DNA of 64,000 nucleotides from Pseudomonadota bacterium (GCA_023442945.1 JAEZWW010000048.1:856-64855); one strand, 5' to 3'; numbered from the stretch's first letter, positions 1 through 10,743 are shown. Notes: generated from the sequence alone by a model not told the origin. Translations and numbers: made by a program.

Positions 1-851
1 GGCGCTACGAGACCGGCGAGAAGAAATTCCTCGGCGTCACGATCCCCTCGGGCACCAGCGCCCAGGACAGCCTGCGCATCGCGCTGGACACCTTGTTCGC
101 CCACCCCAACGTCGGGCCCTTCATCGGCAAGCAGCTGATCCAGCGCTTTGTCACCAGCAACCCCAGCGCCGGCTACATCGGACGGGTGAGCGCGGCCTTT
201 GCCGACAACGGCGCCGGCACGCGCGGCGACCTGAAAGCGGTGCTGCGCGCCGTCCTGCTGGACCCGGAGGCACGCAACCCCGCCAACATGGCGTCGACCA
301 CCTTCGGCAAATTGCGCGAACCGATCTTCCGCTACAGCGGTTGGAACCGCGCGTGGAAGACCACGTCCTTCAGCGGTTGGTGGAAGGACATGCCGGGCTA
401 CACCGGCGACCCAACCCGACTCGCGCAGGGGCCGCTGCAGTCACCCTCGGTCTTCAACTTCTTCCGCCCGGGCTACGTGCCGCCCACGTCGGCCATTGCG
501 GACCAGCGCATGGTGGCGCCGGAGTTCCAGATCACGACCGAGATCTCGGTCGCGGCCTTCGTCAACTTCATGGAACGGCGCTTTTACCTGTCGCTGATCG
601 GGCACACCAACCCCGACTACCGCGTCGACTATTCGCCCCTGCTGGCGCTGGCCTCCGAAGCCAGTTCGCAAAAGCTGGTCGATGAAATCAACCTGGTGCT
701 GGCCGCCGGCCAGATCCCCGATGCCAAGGTGGCGCAGATGGCAGCGGCCGTGGACACGATTCCGAACAAGGACCAGAACGGCCAGCGCAACCGCGTGCAC
801 GCCGCGCTGACGCTGGTCATCGCCTCCCCCGAATACGCAGTGCTGAAGTGA
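1..851 (+). CDS. DUF1800 domain-containing protein (5' end outside window)
   Basis: Frame 3 is open from the window edge with no stop before nt 93. The sequence HPNVGPFIGKQLIQRFVTSNPS...PEFQIT is typical of DUF1800. The usual DUF1501 partner follows immediately. Confidence 0.8.
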   Translation, partial: RYETGEKKFLGVTIPSGTSAQDSLRIALDTLFAHPNVGPFIGKQLIQRFVTSNPSAGYIGRVSAAFADNGAGTRGDLKAVLRAVLLDPEARNPANMASTTFGKLREPIFRYSGWNRAWKTTSFSGWWKDMPGYTGDPTRLAQGPLQSPSVFNFFRPGYVPPTSAIADQRMVAPEFQITTEISVAAFVNFMERRFYLSLIGHTNPDYRVDYSPLLALASEASSQKLVDEINLVLAAGQIPDAKVAQMAAAVDTIPNKDQNGQRNRVHAALTLVIASPEYAVLK

Positions 852-858
852 GCCCCGC

Positions 859-2301
859 ATGAGCCACCACGACCATTCCTCCGACCTGCCCCTGTTCCCG
901 CACATCGACGGGGGCACCGCGTCGCGCCGCGAATTCCTCAAGCGCAGCGCCGTCCTGTCGGCCGTGGCCGCCACCGGCGCGCCCCTGGCGCTGAACCTGG
1001 CCGCCATTGGCGAAGCCGCGGCCCAAATCGCCAGCGACTACAAGGCCATCGTCTGCATCTTCCTGAACGGCGGCAACGACTACGCCAACACTCTGGTGCC
1101 CTACGACCAGTCCACCTACAACGCGTACTTCGGCTTGCGCGAAAACCTGGCTTACACGCGCGACGCACTGACCGGCGCCGGCACGGTGCTGGCGCCGGAG
1201 CGCGCGCTGGCAGGTGGCGTGCAGTACGCGCTGCCGCCCGAGCTGCAGCCGCTCAAGCGCATTTTTGACGCCAAACATCTGGCGCCCGTGTTGAACGTCG
1301 GCACCTTGATCGAGCCGACCACCAAGGCGCAGTTCAACGCCAAGAACGTGCGGATCCCGCCGCGCATCGGCTCGCACAACGACCAGTCCTCGTTCTGGCA
1401 ATCGTCGCTGACCGAGGGCGCCACGTCCGGCTGGGGCGGACGCATCGGCGACCTGATCGCCTCCGGCAACCAAAAGTCGATCTTTACCTGCATGGGCGTG
1501 GGCGGCAACGCGGTGTTCCTGTCGGGCAAGACGATCTCCCAGTACCAGATCGGCAGCGGCGGCACCCTGGCCGTCAACGCCATCAAGAACGGGCTGGGTG
1601 GCTCGCAGGCCTGTTCGACCCTGCTGCGCGAGATCATGACCAAGACGACGTCCGCGCACCTGATGGAGCGCGAGTACGTGCGCATTTGCGAGCGCTCGAT
1701 CGACTCCGAAGCCACGCTGACCACGGCCTTGACCGGCATCGACGTGCCCGGCTTTGCCGACGCAGCCGACAACTCCCTGGCCGCGCAGCTGAAGATGGTC
1801 GCGCGCCTGATCAAGGCCAGCGGCTCGCTGGGCCTCAAACGCCAGGTCTTCATGGTGTCGCTGGGCGGGTTTGACAACCATTCCGACCTGAAGAAGCTGC
1901 ACCCGATCTTGCTGACGAAGATCGGCAGCGCCATGGCTTCTTTCTACGACGCCACGGTGGCCATGGGCATGGCCAACAACGTGGTGTCCTTCACCGCGTC
2001 CGACTTCGGCCGCACGCTGACCAGCAACAGCAGCGGCTCCGACCACGGCTGGGGCTCCACCCAGTTCGTCATGGGCGGCGCTGTGGCGGGCAAGAACTTC
2101 ATCGGCAAAAGCCCGCAGTTCGCCAACAACGGCGAAGACGACTTCGGCCAAGGACGCCTGGTGCCCTCCACCGGTGTAGACCAATTGGCCGCCACGCTGG
2201 CCAGCTGGTTTGACCTGTCGGACTCGCAGATCGAAATGGTGATGCCCAACATCGTCCACTTCGACAAGAGCGCGCGCAACCTGGGCTTCATGCGGGTTTG
2301 A
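859..2301 (+). CDS. DUF1501 domain-containing protein with twin-arginine signal
   Basis: 480-aa ORF starting 8 nt after the DUF1800 gene. It has a Tat-type signal (SRREFLKRSAVLSAVAATGAPLA) and sulfatase-like motifs GGFDNHS and SDHGWG. Confidence 0.85.
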   Translation: MSHHDHSSDLPLFPHIDGGTASRREFLKRSAVLSAVAATGAPLALNLAAIGEAAAQIASDYKAIVCIFLNGGNDYANTLVPYDQSTYNAYFGLRENLAYTRDALTGAGTVLAPERALAGGVQYALPPELQPLKRIFDAKHLAPVLNVGTLIEPTTKAQFNAKNVRIPPRIGSHNDQSSFWQSSLTEGATSGWGGRIGDLIASGNQKSIFTCMGVGGNAVFLSGKTISQYQIGSGGTLAVNAIKNGLGGSQACSTLLREIMTKTTSAHLMEREYVRICERSIDSEATLTTALTGIDVPGFADAADNSLAAQLKMVARLIKASGSLGLKRQVFMVSLGGFDNHSDLKKLHPILLTKIGSAMASFYDATVAMGMANNVVSFTASDFGRTLTSNSSGSDHGWGSTQFVMGGAVAGKNFIGKSPQFANNGEDDFGQGRLVPSTGVDQLAATLASWFDLSDSQIEMVMPNIVHFDKSARNLGFMRV

Positions 2302-2346
2302 CGCCCGGCCTGGTCCAAGGGCGGGTCAGCGCCCGGATTTCAAGCT

Positions 2347-2392
2347 AAAACCGACGCTGGCCCTAGCACTACCTGCGCGGCCAGCTATCGTT
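2347..2392 (-). repeat. REP-like intergenic imperfect palindrome, copy 1 (reverse orientation)
   Basis: The sequence aaaaccgacgctGGCCCTAgcactaCCTGCGCGGCCAGCTATcg matches the family consensus. GCTGGCC and GGCCAGC form the stem arms. Confidence 0.75.
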
Positions 2393-2912
2393 TTAGGAAT
2401 TCGTGGTCCATGGCCGTGGCGAAGCGACCACGACAGCAAGGCATCCTGGCGTGGATGGCCTTCTGTTCGCGCTGTCCGGCGTTGTGCTGGCGAAGGCTGG
2501 ACCTGGGCGGCCATGATCGCCGGCGCGGCGTTCTCGGCCGTGCCGGTGGTCTGGTTCGCTTGGCAGCGCCTGTTGCCGCCCGAGTGGCCTGACGACTGAG
2601 ATGGCGGCAGCTGCGGGCAGCCACCTGGCTGCGCGGCGCGCTGCGGCAGCGCCTCGCTCAAACACCGAACAGCCCGATACACACCCAACCGGTTCTTTTG
2701 CTATGGGGCGTTGATGGCACTGCGCACAAATACTTACTACGTATAGTAAATTTTGAAAAGACCAGCCCATCACCCGTCGTGTTCACCCCGTGCCGATGCG
2801 AAACGGTCCGACTTGATTTTTCAAACCAACGGGGGTATTCCATGAACATCTGCCGGTGCGCCGTCCATTGGCAGATTCCAGCTTCGACGGCCGAGATGAG
2901 GAGGCACACACC

Positions 2913-3353
2913 ATGAAACTTTCCGATCTGCTGCAATCCCTGACCGAAGGCACGCGCCACTTTGAAGCCCAGATGGACGAATGGGGCAAGAACCTGACCG
3001 CCCAAGGCCACGACCTGAAGGCCAAGGCCGACGAATGGCAAAAATCGGCGGACCAGCGCAGCAAGGAATGGGCGGCGCAGCTGAGCGCCTACTCGAACAA
3101 CGTCGACGCCGACCTGAAAGCCCAATGGACCAAGCTGCAAGCGGACGTGGACGCCCAGCTGACGACCCTGCGCACGCAAGCCGCCCAGTGGCGTGCCGAA
3201 GCCGACAAGAAGGACGCCGACACCGCCGCCACCTGGTACGAAGCCTACGCCACCAACATGGTCGCCCTGGCCAAGCGCACCGAGCAGGAAGCCGCGACCG
3301 CCATCGCTGCGGCGGCCGACGCCCGCGCCAAGGCCAACACCAAGAAGGCCTGA
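2913..3353 (+). CDS. hypothetical all-helical Ala/Lys/Gln/Asp-rich protein (146 aa)
   Basis: The ATG at 2913 is preceded by GAGGAGG, whereas the longer ORF start at 2856 has no RBS. An AT-rich stretch lies upstream at 2690-2860. Trp recurs every 11-20 residues. No family recognised. Confidence 0.55.
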   Translation: MKLSDLLQSLTEGTRHFEAQMDEWGKNLTAQGHDLKAKADEWQKSADQRSKEWAAQLSAYSNNVDADLKAQWTKLQADVDAQLTTLRTQAAQWRAEADKKDADTAATWYEAYATNMVALAKRTEQEAATAIAAAADARAKANTKKA

Positions 3354-3606
3354 CGCGTCCGGCACAGCGGCCGAGGCGATTGCCGCCGCCTGCGCCCTGG
3401 CCGGGTGCGCCCCGGCGCTCAGGTCTACGGGCTGGTTTTTGGTGATTGGCGCGCCCCGAACCCTGTCACGACACCGAGCCATGCGCGGGCCAGCCGGATT
3501 CAGCACCGCCTAGCTTGATCCCTGCTTGCTTGAGTGCTGCGGCAGCGCCGCGCTGTCTTGCGCCCGGGCGACAATCGCCGTCCGCCTCCTTTTTGTCACC
3601 GATGGC

Positions 3607-4191
3607 ATGACCCCGACCCCACGCCGCTCCAACTCCCGCGACAAGATCCTGGCCGCCGCCACACGGCTGGTGGCAGAAGGCGGGGTGCCGCAACTCACCA
3701 TCGAAGCCGCGGCCGCCGCCGCGGGCGTCACCAAGGCCGGCCTGATCTACCACTTCAAGACCCGCGACGAGCTGCTGACGGCCGTGGAGGAAGGCATGGC
3801 GCGCGATATCGACGTCTACAGTCGCGCCGCCGAGCCCGCGCGCAACGCCGCCGCCAAGGCAAGCGCCCGCCCTCACCCCGACGCGCTGAAGTCCGCACTG
3901 CTGGAACAGGTGGACATGGCTTTCGACATGCCCGAGCCACTGCAGCGCCTGATGCGCAGCCTGCTGCAAGCCCACGCCACCCACGCCACGGTGCTGCAAC
4001 CGGTGCAGGCCCTGTTCGACCGCGCCTACGGTCAAATGGCCCAAAGCGGCGACCCCGGCCACGCCCTGCTGGTCAGCCTGGCCATGGACGGCCTGCAGCT
4101 GATCGACCTGCTGCAGCTGCACACCTTCGCGCCCGAGCAACGCACGGCGGTCAAGCAGGCCGCGCAAGAACTGATCGCGCGGTTGCCCTGA
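3607..4191 (+). CDS. TetR/AcrR family transcriptional regulator
   Basis: N-terminal HTH ILAAATRLVAEGGVPQLTIEAAAAAAGVTKAGLIYHFKTRDELL. Start placed at ATG 3607; the ORF opens at 3526. Confidence 0.85.
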   Translation: MTPTPRRSNSRDKILAAATRLVAEGGVPQLTIEAAAAAAGVTKAGLIYHFKTRDELLTAVEEGMARDIDVYSRAAEPARNAAAKASARPHPDALKSALLEQVDMAFDMPEPLQRLMRSLLQAHATHATVLQPVQALFDRAYGQMAQSGDPGHALLVSLAMDGLQLIDLLQLHTFAPEQRTAVKQAAQELIARLP

Positions 4192-4230
4192 GCGCGCGTG
4201 CGGCAGCCGTTGCAGCGCACTCCCGCCCGC

Positions 4231-6138
4231 TCACTCCACCGTCACACTCTTAGCCAGATTCCTTGGCTTGTCCACGTCGGTGCCGCGCGCCACGGCCGTG
4301 TGGTAAGCCAAGAGCTGCAGCGGCACGACGTGCAGGATGGGCGACAGCTGGCCGTAGTGCTCGGGCATGCGGATCACGTGCAGGCCTTCGCCGGCTTCGA
4401 TGCGGGTGTCGGCATCGGCCAGCACGTACAGCACACCGCCGCGCGCGCGCACTTCCTGCATATTGCTTTTCAGCTTTTCCAGCAGCGCGTCGTTGGGCGC
4501 GACGGTGACCACCGGCATGCTGCTGGTGACCAGCGCCAGCGGGCCGTGTTTGAGCTCGCCCGCGGCGTAGGCCTCGGCGTGGATGTAGGTGATCTCTTTC
4601 AGCTTGAGCGCGCCTTCCTGCGCGATCGGGTAGTGCAGGCCGCGGCCCAAGAACAAGGCGTTTTCCTTGCTGGCGAACTGCTCGGCCCAGTCGATGATCT
4701 GCGGCTCCAGCGCCAGCACGGCCTGCAGCGCCGTGGGCAGGTGGCGCATGGCTTTCAGGTGCGCCGCTTCCTGCTCGTCCGTCAGCAAGCCACGCGATTT
4801 GGCCAGGGCCAGCGTCAACAGGAACAGCCCGGCCAGCTGGGTGGTGAAGGCCTTGGTGCTGGCCACGCCGATCTCGATGCCGGCGCGCGTGACGTAGGCC
4901 AGCTTGCATTCGCGCACCATGGCGCTTGTGGCGACATTGCACACCGTCAGCGTGTGGGGCATGCCCAGCGACTGCGCGTGGCGCAGCGCCGAGAGCGTGT
5001 CGGCCGTCTCGCCCGATTGGGTGATGGTGACCACCAGCGTGGCCGGGTCGGGCACGGATTCGCGGTAGCGGTATTCGCTGGCGATCTCCACCTGGCAGGG
5101 CAGCTTGGCGATGGCTTCGATCCAGTACTTGGCCACGCAACCGGCGTAGTAGCTGGTGCCGCAGGCCAGGATCAGCACCTGGCGGACCTTCTGGAAGGTG
5201 GGGTACGCACCGTCGCCCGGCGCGTGGTTGTTGGCCGCCTCAAACAACTCGGGCACCACGGCTTCGACGCCTTCCAGCGTGTCGGCGATGGCGCGCGGCT
5301 GCTCGAAGATTTCCTTTTGCATGTAGTGGCGGTAGGGGCCCAGTTCGGCCGCGCCGCTCATCGCCTGCACGGTGCGCGCCGGGCGCTGCACGCGTTGGCC
5401 GGCGCGGTCGGTGACCCAATGCTTGCCCAGCTGCAGGTCGACCACGTCGCCCTCTTCCAGGTAGACGATCTGGTCCGTCACGCCGGCCAGGGCCATGGCG
5501 TCGCTGGCCAGGAAGTTCTCCTTGCCGTCCGCGCCCAAGCCAACCACCAGGGGCGAGCCCTGGCGCGCACCGACCAGGCGGTGGGGCTCGTCGCGGTGCA
5601 GCACGGCGATCGAATAGCTGCCCCGCAGGCGTTTGGTGGCCGCCTGCACCGCCGCCAGCAGGTCGCCGTCGTACAGGCTGTCGATCAGGTGGACGATGAC
5701 CTCGGTGTCGGTCTGGCTGACGAAGCGGTAGCCGCGCCGCTGCAGCTCGGTGTGCAGCTCTTCGTGGTTTTCAATGATGCCGTTGTGCACCAGGGTGACG
5801 CGGCCGGCGCGTTCGTCCTCCGCCGCGTCCGCGCCGCGCGGGCCGGTGCTGAAGTGCGGGTGCGCGTTGGTGACGGCCGGCGCGCCGTGCGTGGCCCAGC
5901 GCGTGTGGGCGATGCCGGTATGGCCTTGCAGGTGCTCCTGCTCGCACTGTTGCGCCAGGTCGGCCACGCGCGCGATGCCGCGCACGCGCCGCAGCTCACC
6001 CGCCGGCGCGTCGGCCACGCCCGCCGTGTGCACGGCCACGCCGCAGGAGTCGTACCCGCGGTATTCCAGCCGCTGCAGACCTTGCAGCAGGATGGGGACG
6101 ATGTTGCGCGTGGAAACTGCTCCGACGATGCCGCACAT
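4231..6138 (-). CDS. glmS: glutamine--fructose-6-phosphate aminotransferase (isomerizing)
   Basis: 635 aa with the canonical MCGIVGAV Ntn-amidotransferase N-terminus. It has two SIS domains and the C-terminal [12 protein letters not shown]. Confidence 0.97.
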   Translation of the reverse strand: MCGIVGAVSTRNIVPILLQGLQRLEYRGYDSCGVAVHTAGVADAPAGELRRVRGIARVADLAQQCEQEHLQGHTGIAHTRWATHGAPAVTNAHPHFSTGPRGADAAEDERAGRVTLVHNGIIENHEELHTELQRRGYRFVSQTDTEVIVHLIDSLYDGDLLAAVQAATKRLRGSYSIAVLHRDEPHRLVGARQGSPLVVGLGADGKENFLASDAMALAGVTDQIVYLEEGDVVDLQLGKHWVTDRAGQRVQRPARTVQAMSGAAELGPYRHYMQKEIFEQPRAIADTLEGVEAVVPELFEAANNHAPGDGAYPTFQKVRQVLILACGTSYYAGCVAKYWIEAIAKLPCQVEIASEYRYRESVPDPATLVVTITQSGETADTLSALRHAQSLGMPHTLTVCNVATSAMVRECKLAYVTRAGIEIGVASTKAFTTQLAGLFLLTLALAKSRGLLTDEQEAAHLKAMRHLPTALQAVLALEPQIIDWAEQFASKENALFLGRGLHYPIAQEGALKLKEITYIHAEAYAAGELKHGPLALVTSSMPVVTVAPNDALLEKLKSNMQEVRARGGVLYVLADADTRIEAGEGLHVIRMPEHYGQLSPILHVVPLQLLAYHTAVARGTDVDKPRNLAKSVTVE

Positions 6139-6295
6139 GGGCGCTCCTTGGGATGAGGATTGGGGGTGGCTGACCCGCCGTTTGACCGCCGGGTACGGAA
6201 CGCATGCTAGCCCTGCGTCTGGAAAATTACACCACTACAATTAGCCGATATTTGGAATCCAATTTCTTCACCGACGATTCCAGCCCAATAATTTC

Positions 6296-6790
6296 ATGAT
6301 TGAAGAAAATTTGGAACTTGATTCCACAGATTGGGCCATGCTGGCCGCCTTGCAAGCCGACGCCCGGCAAAGCAACCAGGCGCTGGCCGAACGCGCGCGC
6401 GTGTCGCCGCCGACCGCGCTGCGCCGCGTGCGGCGTTTGCACGAGGCGGGCCTGATCACGGGACAGCTGGCGGTGCTGGACGAAGACCGCATCGCCGCGC
6501 TGCAAGGCCATGGCCTGACGGTGTTGGTCGAGGTGTCGCTGGACCAGCAGGGCGCCGAGCACCTGGCCGCTTTCGAGCGCCGCGCCGTGGCCGACGACGC
6601 GGTGCAGCAGTGCTACCGCGTGTCGCCGGGGCCGGACTTCGTGCTGGTGCTGCGGGTGCGCGACATGCCCGCATACTACGCGCTGGCCGAAAGCCTGTTC
6701 ACGCAAGACGCCAACGTGCGCAACGTGCGCGCCTTCTTTTCGGTCAAGCGCGCCAAGTTCGCGCCGCACGTGCCGCTGTCGGGGGCGTGA
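6296..6790 (+). CDS. Lrp/AsnC family transcriptional regulator
   Basis: 164 aa with the HTH LDSTDWAMLAALQADARQSNQALAERARVSPPTALRRVRRLHEAGLI followed by an AsnC-type ligand domain. Divergent from glmS. Confidence 0.9.
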   Translation: MIEENLELDSTDWAMLAALQADARQSNQALAERARVSPPTALRRVRRLHEAGLITGQLAVLDEDRIAALQGHGLTVLVEVSLDQQGAEHLAAFERRAVADDAVQQCYRVSPGPDFVLVLRVRDMPAYYALAESLFTQDANVRNVRAFFSVKRAKFAPHVPLSGA

Positions 6791-6848
6791 GCGGCGGTGG
6801 ACGCCCGCCGTCGCGTGCTGGCGGCGGCCCGCCACGGCATTTTCAAAT

Positions 6849-6903
6849 GAAATTGGCCTGCAGCCCTACAACCATCTGCGCGGCCAGCTACTGAATCAGT
6901 AGC
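6849..6903 (-). repeat. REP-like intergenic imperfect palindrome, copy 2 (reverse orientation)
   Basis: gaaattggcctgcaGCCCTACAACCATCTGCGCGGCCAGCTActgaatcagTAGC. It ends in an extra GCTACTG/CAGTAGC hairpin. Confidence 0.8.
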
Positions 6904-6978
6904 AATTTCACCGCCACACCGCGCGACCCGTAGGCAAGGCGCACACCGCCGATCAGGCGCCCGAGGCGCCCGTCAGCA

Positions 6979-8172
6979 TCACCACACGCCGCGCGCCATC
7001 ACTGGCACCACGCTTTCCACGCGGCCGGCGGCGATGCCGTCGCGCACCACCACCAAGTGGCTGTGCAGGTTGACGGTGGGGTCGCAGTGGCCGGGGATGA
7101 GCCACACGGTTTCGCCCAAGGCGGGCAGGTTGGACAGCGGGCCGCCCGTGTCCAGCGGGTGCAGCACGCCGTGTTCGTCCCCGCCGCTGGCAAAACGCAG
7201 CGGCGGCTGGCCGGGCAGCGCGTGCACTTCGGGCAGGCCGCTGTCGACGGCATGCGCCTTCAGCCCCGCATCGCACACGGCATGGCCGGCGGACACGCTG
7301 ATGACCTGGGACTTGACGAACAGCGCCGGCTCAAACTGCGGCTGCGCCGGGTCGCGCTCGTTGCGCAGGTAGTCGCCGTCCATGAACAAAAAGCTGCCGG
7401 GCTGCACCTCGTTCCAGACGCCGCTGGCCGCCTCGTGCGCGAAGGTGCCGGTGCCCGCACCGGTGACCAGGGGCACCGGCATGTCGGCCGCCTCCAGCAG
7501 GCGGCGCACGTCTTCGACCTTGGCGGCCGCGGCGACGATGGCCGCGTGCCGTTCGGCCACGGTGCGCAGGTGCTGCGCGCCGCCGTGGTAGGCGTGCAGG
7601 CCGGCAAAGCGCAGGCTGCTGCGCCCGACCAGGGTGCGCGCCAGGGTCACCACCTTTTCGTCGGGCGACACGCCGCAGCGGCCCTGGCCGACGTCGATCT
7701 CGATGTACACGTCGATCACCGCCTTGGTCAGCTGCATGGCCTGGGCCAGGCGCTCCACGCCCTCGGCGCTGTCGACCACGATGCCCAGCTGGCCGCCGCG
7801 CACGCTCAGCTGGTGCGCCAGCGCGGCGACGCGGCGCAGCTTGTTCACCGCCAGGATTTCGTTGGTGATCAGGATGTCGTTGATGCCGCCCGCGCCCATG
7901 GCCTCGGCCTCGGCCACGGTTTGCACGCAGACGCCGACGGCGCCGGCCTGCAGTTGCAGCCGGGCGACGGCCGGGCTCTTGTGCATCTTGGCGTGCGGAC
8001 GCAGGCGCAGGCGGTGCTTGGCGGCAAATTCGACCGCGCGCTGCAGGTTGCGGTTGGCGGCGTCCAAGTCGACCACCAGCGCGGGCGTGTCGATGGCGTC
8101 GACGCCCTGACCCACCAGGGCGCGCAGGTGGTCGGGCAAGGGCTCAGGTTGTGCTTTCATCGAGCGACGCAT
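6979..8172 (-). CDS. DSD1-family PLP enzyme (D-serine deaminase / D-threonine aldolase-like, alanine racemase N-terminal fold)
   Basis: 397-aa ORF with the PLP-lysine region RLRPHAKMHKSP and the C-terminal metal/substrate domain motif GDEHG...IPGHCDPTVN. The start may instead be ATG 8160 (MKAQ). Confidence 0.8.
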   Translation of the reverse strand: MRRSMKAQPEPLPDHLRALVGQGVDAIDTPALVVDLDAANRNLQRAVEFAAKHRLRLRPHAKMHKSPAVARLQLQAGAVGVCVQTVAEAEAMGAGGINDILITNEILAVNKLRRVAALAHQLSVRGGQLGIVVDSAEGVERLAQAMQLTKAVIDVYIEIDVGQGRCGVSPDEKVVTLARTLVGRSSLRFAGLHAYHGGAQHLRTVAERHAAIVAAAAKVEDVRRLLEAADMPVPLVTGAGTGTFAHEAASGVWNEVQPGSFLFMDGDYLRNERDPAQPQFEPALFVKSQVISVSAGHAVCDAGLKAHAVDSGLPEVHALPGQPPLRFASGGDEHGVLHPLDTGGPLSNLPALGETVWLIPGHCDPTVNLHSHLVVVRDGIAAGRVESVVPVMARGVW

Positions 8173-8794
8173 CCTCCAGGTGACTGACGTCGGCCCAGCC
8201 GACGAGACTGAGGCCCCCCTCGGGGCTCCACAACAAACGGTTGACCGCGGTGTTGGTCAGCTGCCAGGTGCGTGCGTCCTGCAGCCCCAGGCGCGCCGCG
8301 GCGCGGTACAGCACGTCCAGCACGCCACCGTGCGTGACGATGGCGATCTGTTTATCAACGTTTTCGGCCGCCAGCCTTAGAACAGTCTGCGCGACGCGCT
8401 CCTGAAACAGGAGTAACGACTCACCCCCCTCGCCCGGCGGCGCCCAGTCGGGCACGCGGCGGCGCCATTGCTCGGCGGCTTCCGGGGCGGCTTGGGTGAC
8501 CTGCTCGAAGGTCTGGCCTTGAAAATCGCCAAAGCAGCGTTCGCGCAGGCCGGTGTGCAGCCGTAGCGGCGCGCCGGTGGCGTCGGCCAGCGCCTGCGCG
8601 GTGTCGCGCGCGCGGCTCAGGTCGCTGCTGTAGACCACGTCCGGCGCCTCGCGCCCGGCCAGCGCCTGGGCCAGCCGCCCGGCCTGCAGGCGGCCAGTCT
8701 CGTTCAGCGGGATGTCCAGATGACCTTGCAGGCGCCCACCCACGTTCCACGCGGTTTCGCCGTGGCGAATGGCCAGAATGCGGGTGATCTGCAT
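8144..8794 (-). CDS. histidine phosphatase family protein (phosphoglycerate mutase-like)
   Basis: The N-terminal ILAIRHGETAWN carries the RHG catalytic motif, and there is a later THGG motif. 216 aa. Confidence 0.85.
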   Translation of the reverse strand: MQITRILAIRHGETAWNVGGRLQGHLDIPLNETGRLQAGRLAQALAGREAPDVVYSSDLSRARDTAQALADATGAPLRLHTGLRERCFGDFQGQTFEQVTQAAPEAAEQWRRRVPDWAPPGEGGESLLLFQERVAQTVLRLAAENVDKQIAIVTHGGVLDVLYRAAARLGLQDARTWQLTNTAVNRLLWSPEGGLSLVGWADVSHLEDASLDESTT

Positions 8795-8892
8795 GGCGCC
8801 ATCATGCCATGCGGCCTCGCGAAATCACGGCCTGACCGGCCTTCGCCAGCCGCCGCCGGTCGGGCGGACAAGCCCGCCGGTCGATACCCGCG

Positions 8893-9648
8893 TCAGTGTC
8901 TCGGGGTGACCATCACCGGTGCCCCTGGCGCGGGTGCCGGTGCAGCGGGCGCGGGTGCGGCCTGGGGCGCCCCGCCGGTGGTCGGCAGGGGCGGCGCGCT
9001 GCCCGCCGTAGCGCTGGCCGGGGGCAGCAGCGGCACGCCGACCTGGCGCACGCTTTGCGCCGGGCTGGGGTAACCCTCCAGTGCGGCGACGAACAAGGCC
9101 ACCAGCACGTTGTCGGTGTCGTGCCACGGACCGTCGTGGCGCGCGCGGGTGTCGTAGACGATCTGGCCGGTGCGCAGGTCGCGCATCAGCAGGTTGACCT
9201 CGCTCACGTAAGCGGGGATATCCGGGTCACCGATCGGCCAACCCATGCCCAGCCCGATGCCGCCGCCGCGCCAACCGCCGCCAAAACCCAGGCCCAGGGA
9301 CATGCGCGGACCGTAGCCGTAACCCATGGGCCGGCCCCATTCGTCGCGCCAGTAGGCGTTGACGTAGCCCCCCACCTGCACGCTGAGCTGCGCGCCGGCG
9401 TCGTCACGCTGCAGACCGACGCGCGCCAGCGCGGCCTGGGCCATGGCCTCCAGCTTGGCCGGGTCGGGCTGGCCGGCGACCAGCGGCCCGCGCTCGAAGC
9501 GGTAGCGGGCGTTCTGCAGCACGGCAGCGCCAGGCGCCTGCGCGGCCACGGTGCGCACGCTGGCGTCCACGGTGCGCGGGCCGGTGGCGCAGGCCGTCAA
9601 GCCCGCCAGCACGGTCGCCACGCCGATCCATTTCATCCAAAAACCCAT
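8893..9648 (-). CDS. lipoprotein (DUF4136-like) with Pro/Ala-rich C-terminal tail
   Basis: The ATG at 9648 is preceded by AAGGAGG. Signal peptide and lipobox VLAGLTAC. The tail is PPASATAGSAPPLPTTGGAPQAAPAPAAPAPAPGAP. The 380-aa ORF in the track is an upstream over-extension. Confidence 0.7.
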   Translation of the reverse strand: MGFWMKWIGVATVLAGLTACATGPRTVDASVRTVAAQAPGAAVLQNARYRFERGPLVAGQPDPAKLEAMAQAALARVGLQRDDAGAQLSVQVGGYVNAYWRDEWGRPMGYGYGPRMSLGLGFGGGWRGGGIGLGMGWPIGDPDIPAYVSEVNLLMRDLRTGQIVYDTRARHDGPWHDTDNVLVALFVAALEGYPSPAQSVRQVGVPLLPPASATAGSAPPLPTTGGAPQAAPAPAAPAPAPGAPVMVTPRH

Positions 9649-9758
9649 GTCAGAACCTCCTTGGGCGGTGTTCATGCGACAGCAACAGCCTGCGCGCGCC
9701 GGCACCACAGCGGCTGCGCGTGCGTGAAGGCGCTTGGCGCGCGGCGCTGGCGGCCCCT

Positions 9759-10697
9759 TCAGGCGCTGACCAGGGGCACACCGCCAAACGGCGTGCCCAC
9801 CGGCTCGGGAAAAGCCTCTTCGTCGAACGCCTTGTCGCCGTTCTCGTCCGGCGTGCCCGTGGCTTTCAGATGGCGGAAGTCGTGCAGGGTTCCGTCCATC
9901 AGGTGCGAGGGCACCACGTTCTGCAGCGCGGTGAACATGTTTTCGATGCGGCCGGGGTGCTTCTTCTGCCAGTCGCGCAGCATCTCGCCGATCACCTGGC
10001 GCTGCAGGTTCTCCTGGCTGCCGCACAGGTTGCACGGGATGATCGGGAATTCGCGGTGCTCGGCCCAGCGGATCAGGTCGACCTCTGCCACGTTCGCCAG
10101 CGGGCGGATCACCATGAATTCACCGTTGTCGCTGACCAGCTTGGGCGGCATGCCTTTCAGCTTGCCGCCAAAGAACATGTTCAGGAAAAAGGTCTGCAGC
10201 ATGTCGTCGCGGTGGTGGCCCAGCGCGATCTTGTTGCACTTCAGCCGCCGCGCCACGCTGTACAGAATGCCGCGGCGCAGGCGCGAGCACAGGCTGCACG
10301 TCGTCTTGCCCTCGGGGATCTTGGCCTTGACGATGCTGTAGGTGTCCTGCGTCTCGATGTGGTGCTCGATCCCCAGGTTCTGCAGGTAGGCCGGCAGGAT
10401 CTCGGCCGGAAAGCCAGGCTGCTTCTGGTCCAGGTTGACGGCCACCAGCTCAAACGGCACCGGCGCGCGCGCCTGCAGCTTCATCAGGATGTCCAGCAGG
10501 CCGTAGCTGTCCTTGCCGCCTGACAGGCAGACCATCACGCGGTCGCCCGCCTCAATCATGTTGAAGTCGGCGATCGCCTGGCCGACCTGGCGGCACAGGC
10601 GTTTTTCCAGCTTCAAGGCCTCGCGTTCGGCCTTGGTGCGGGCAGAGGGGCCGGCGGCGACGTCAATGTCGTCCAGAACAGAAGGGTGCGCGGTCAT
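9759..10697 (-). CDS. ttcA: tRNA 2-thiocytidine(32) synthetase TtcA
   Basis: PP-loop SGGKDS plus the [10 protein letters not shown] and CNLCGSQ cysteine motifs. 312 aa. Confidence 0.93.
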   Translation of the reverse strand: MTAHPSVLDDIDVAAGPSARTKAEREALKLEKRLCRQVGQAIADFNMIEAGDRVMVCLSGGKDSYGLLDILMKLQARAPVPFELVAVNLDQKQPGFPAEILPAYLQNLGIEHHIETQDTYSIVKAKIPEGKTTCSLCSRLRRGILYSVARRLKCNKIALGHHRDDMLQTFFLNMFFGGKLKGMPPKLVSDNGEFMVIRPLANVAEVDLIRWAEHREFPIIPCNLCGSQENLQRQVIGEMLRDWQKKHPGRIENMFTALQNVVPSHLMDGTLHDFRHLKATGTPDENGDKAFDEEAFPEPVGTPFGGVPLVSA

Positions 10698-10743
10698 CCC
10701 CCGATTGTCCTACGGGCCGCCCTGACCTGCCCGCCCACGGGGC

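Noticed and set aside
2400-2600. Possible short gene or gene remnant ending ...MIAGAAFSAVPVVWFAWQRLLPPEWPDD* after the DUF1501 gene.
   Set aside because: Only 29 codons follow the first ATG, and the upstream in-frame sequence is Trp/Arg-rich nonsense. There is no RBS. At most it is a decayed fragment.
4198-6156. 652-aa plus-strand ORF, and similar long antisense ORFs. These include 817-2259, 7057-8187, 15105-16847, 27819-29132, 29213-30622, 41399-43744, 45616-46983, 47665-49209, 55447-56952 and 58616-60454.
   Set aside because: Each lies opposite a gene with strong family signatures (glmS, DUF1501, DSD1, PLD, ftsZ, ftsA, ftsI/murE, hslU and others). Their products have no recognisable motifs and a skewed R/G/A/H/Q composition.
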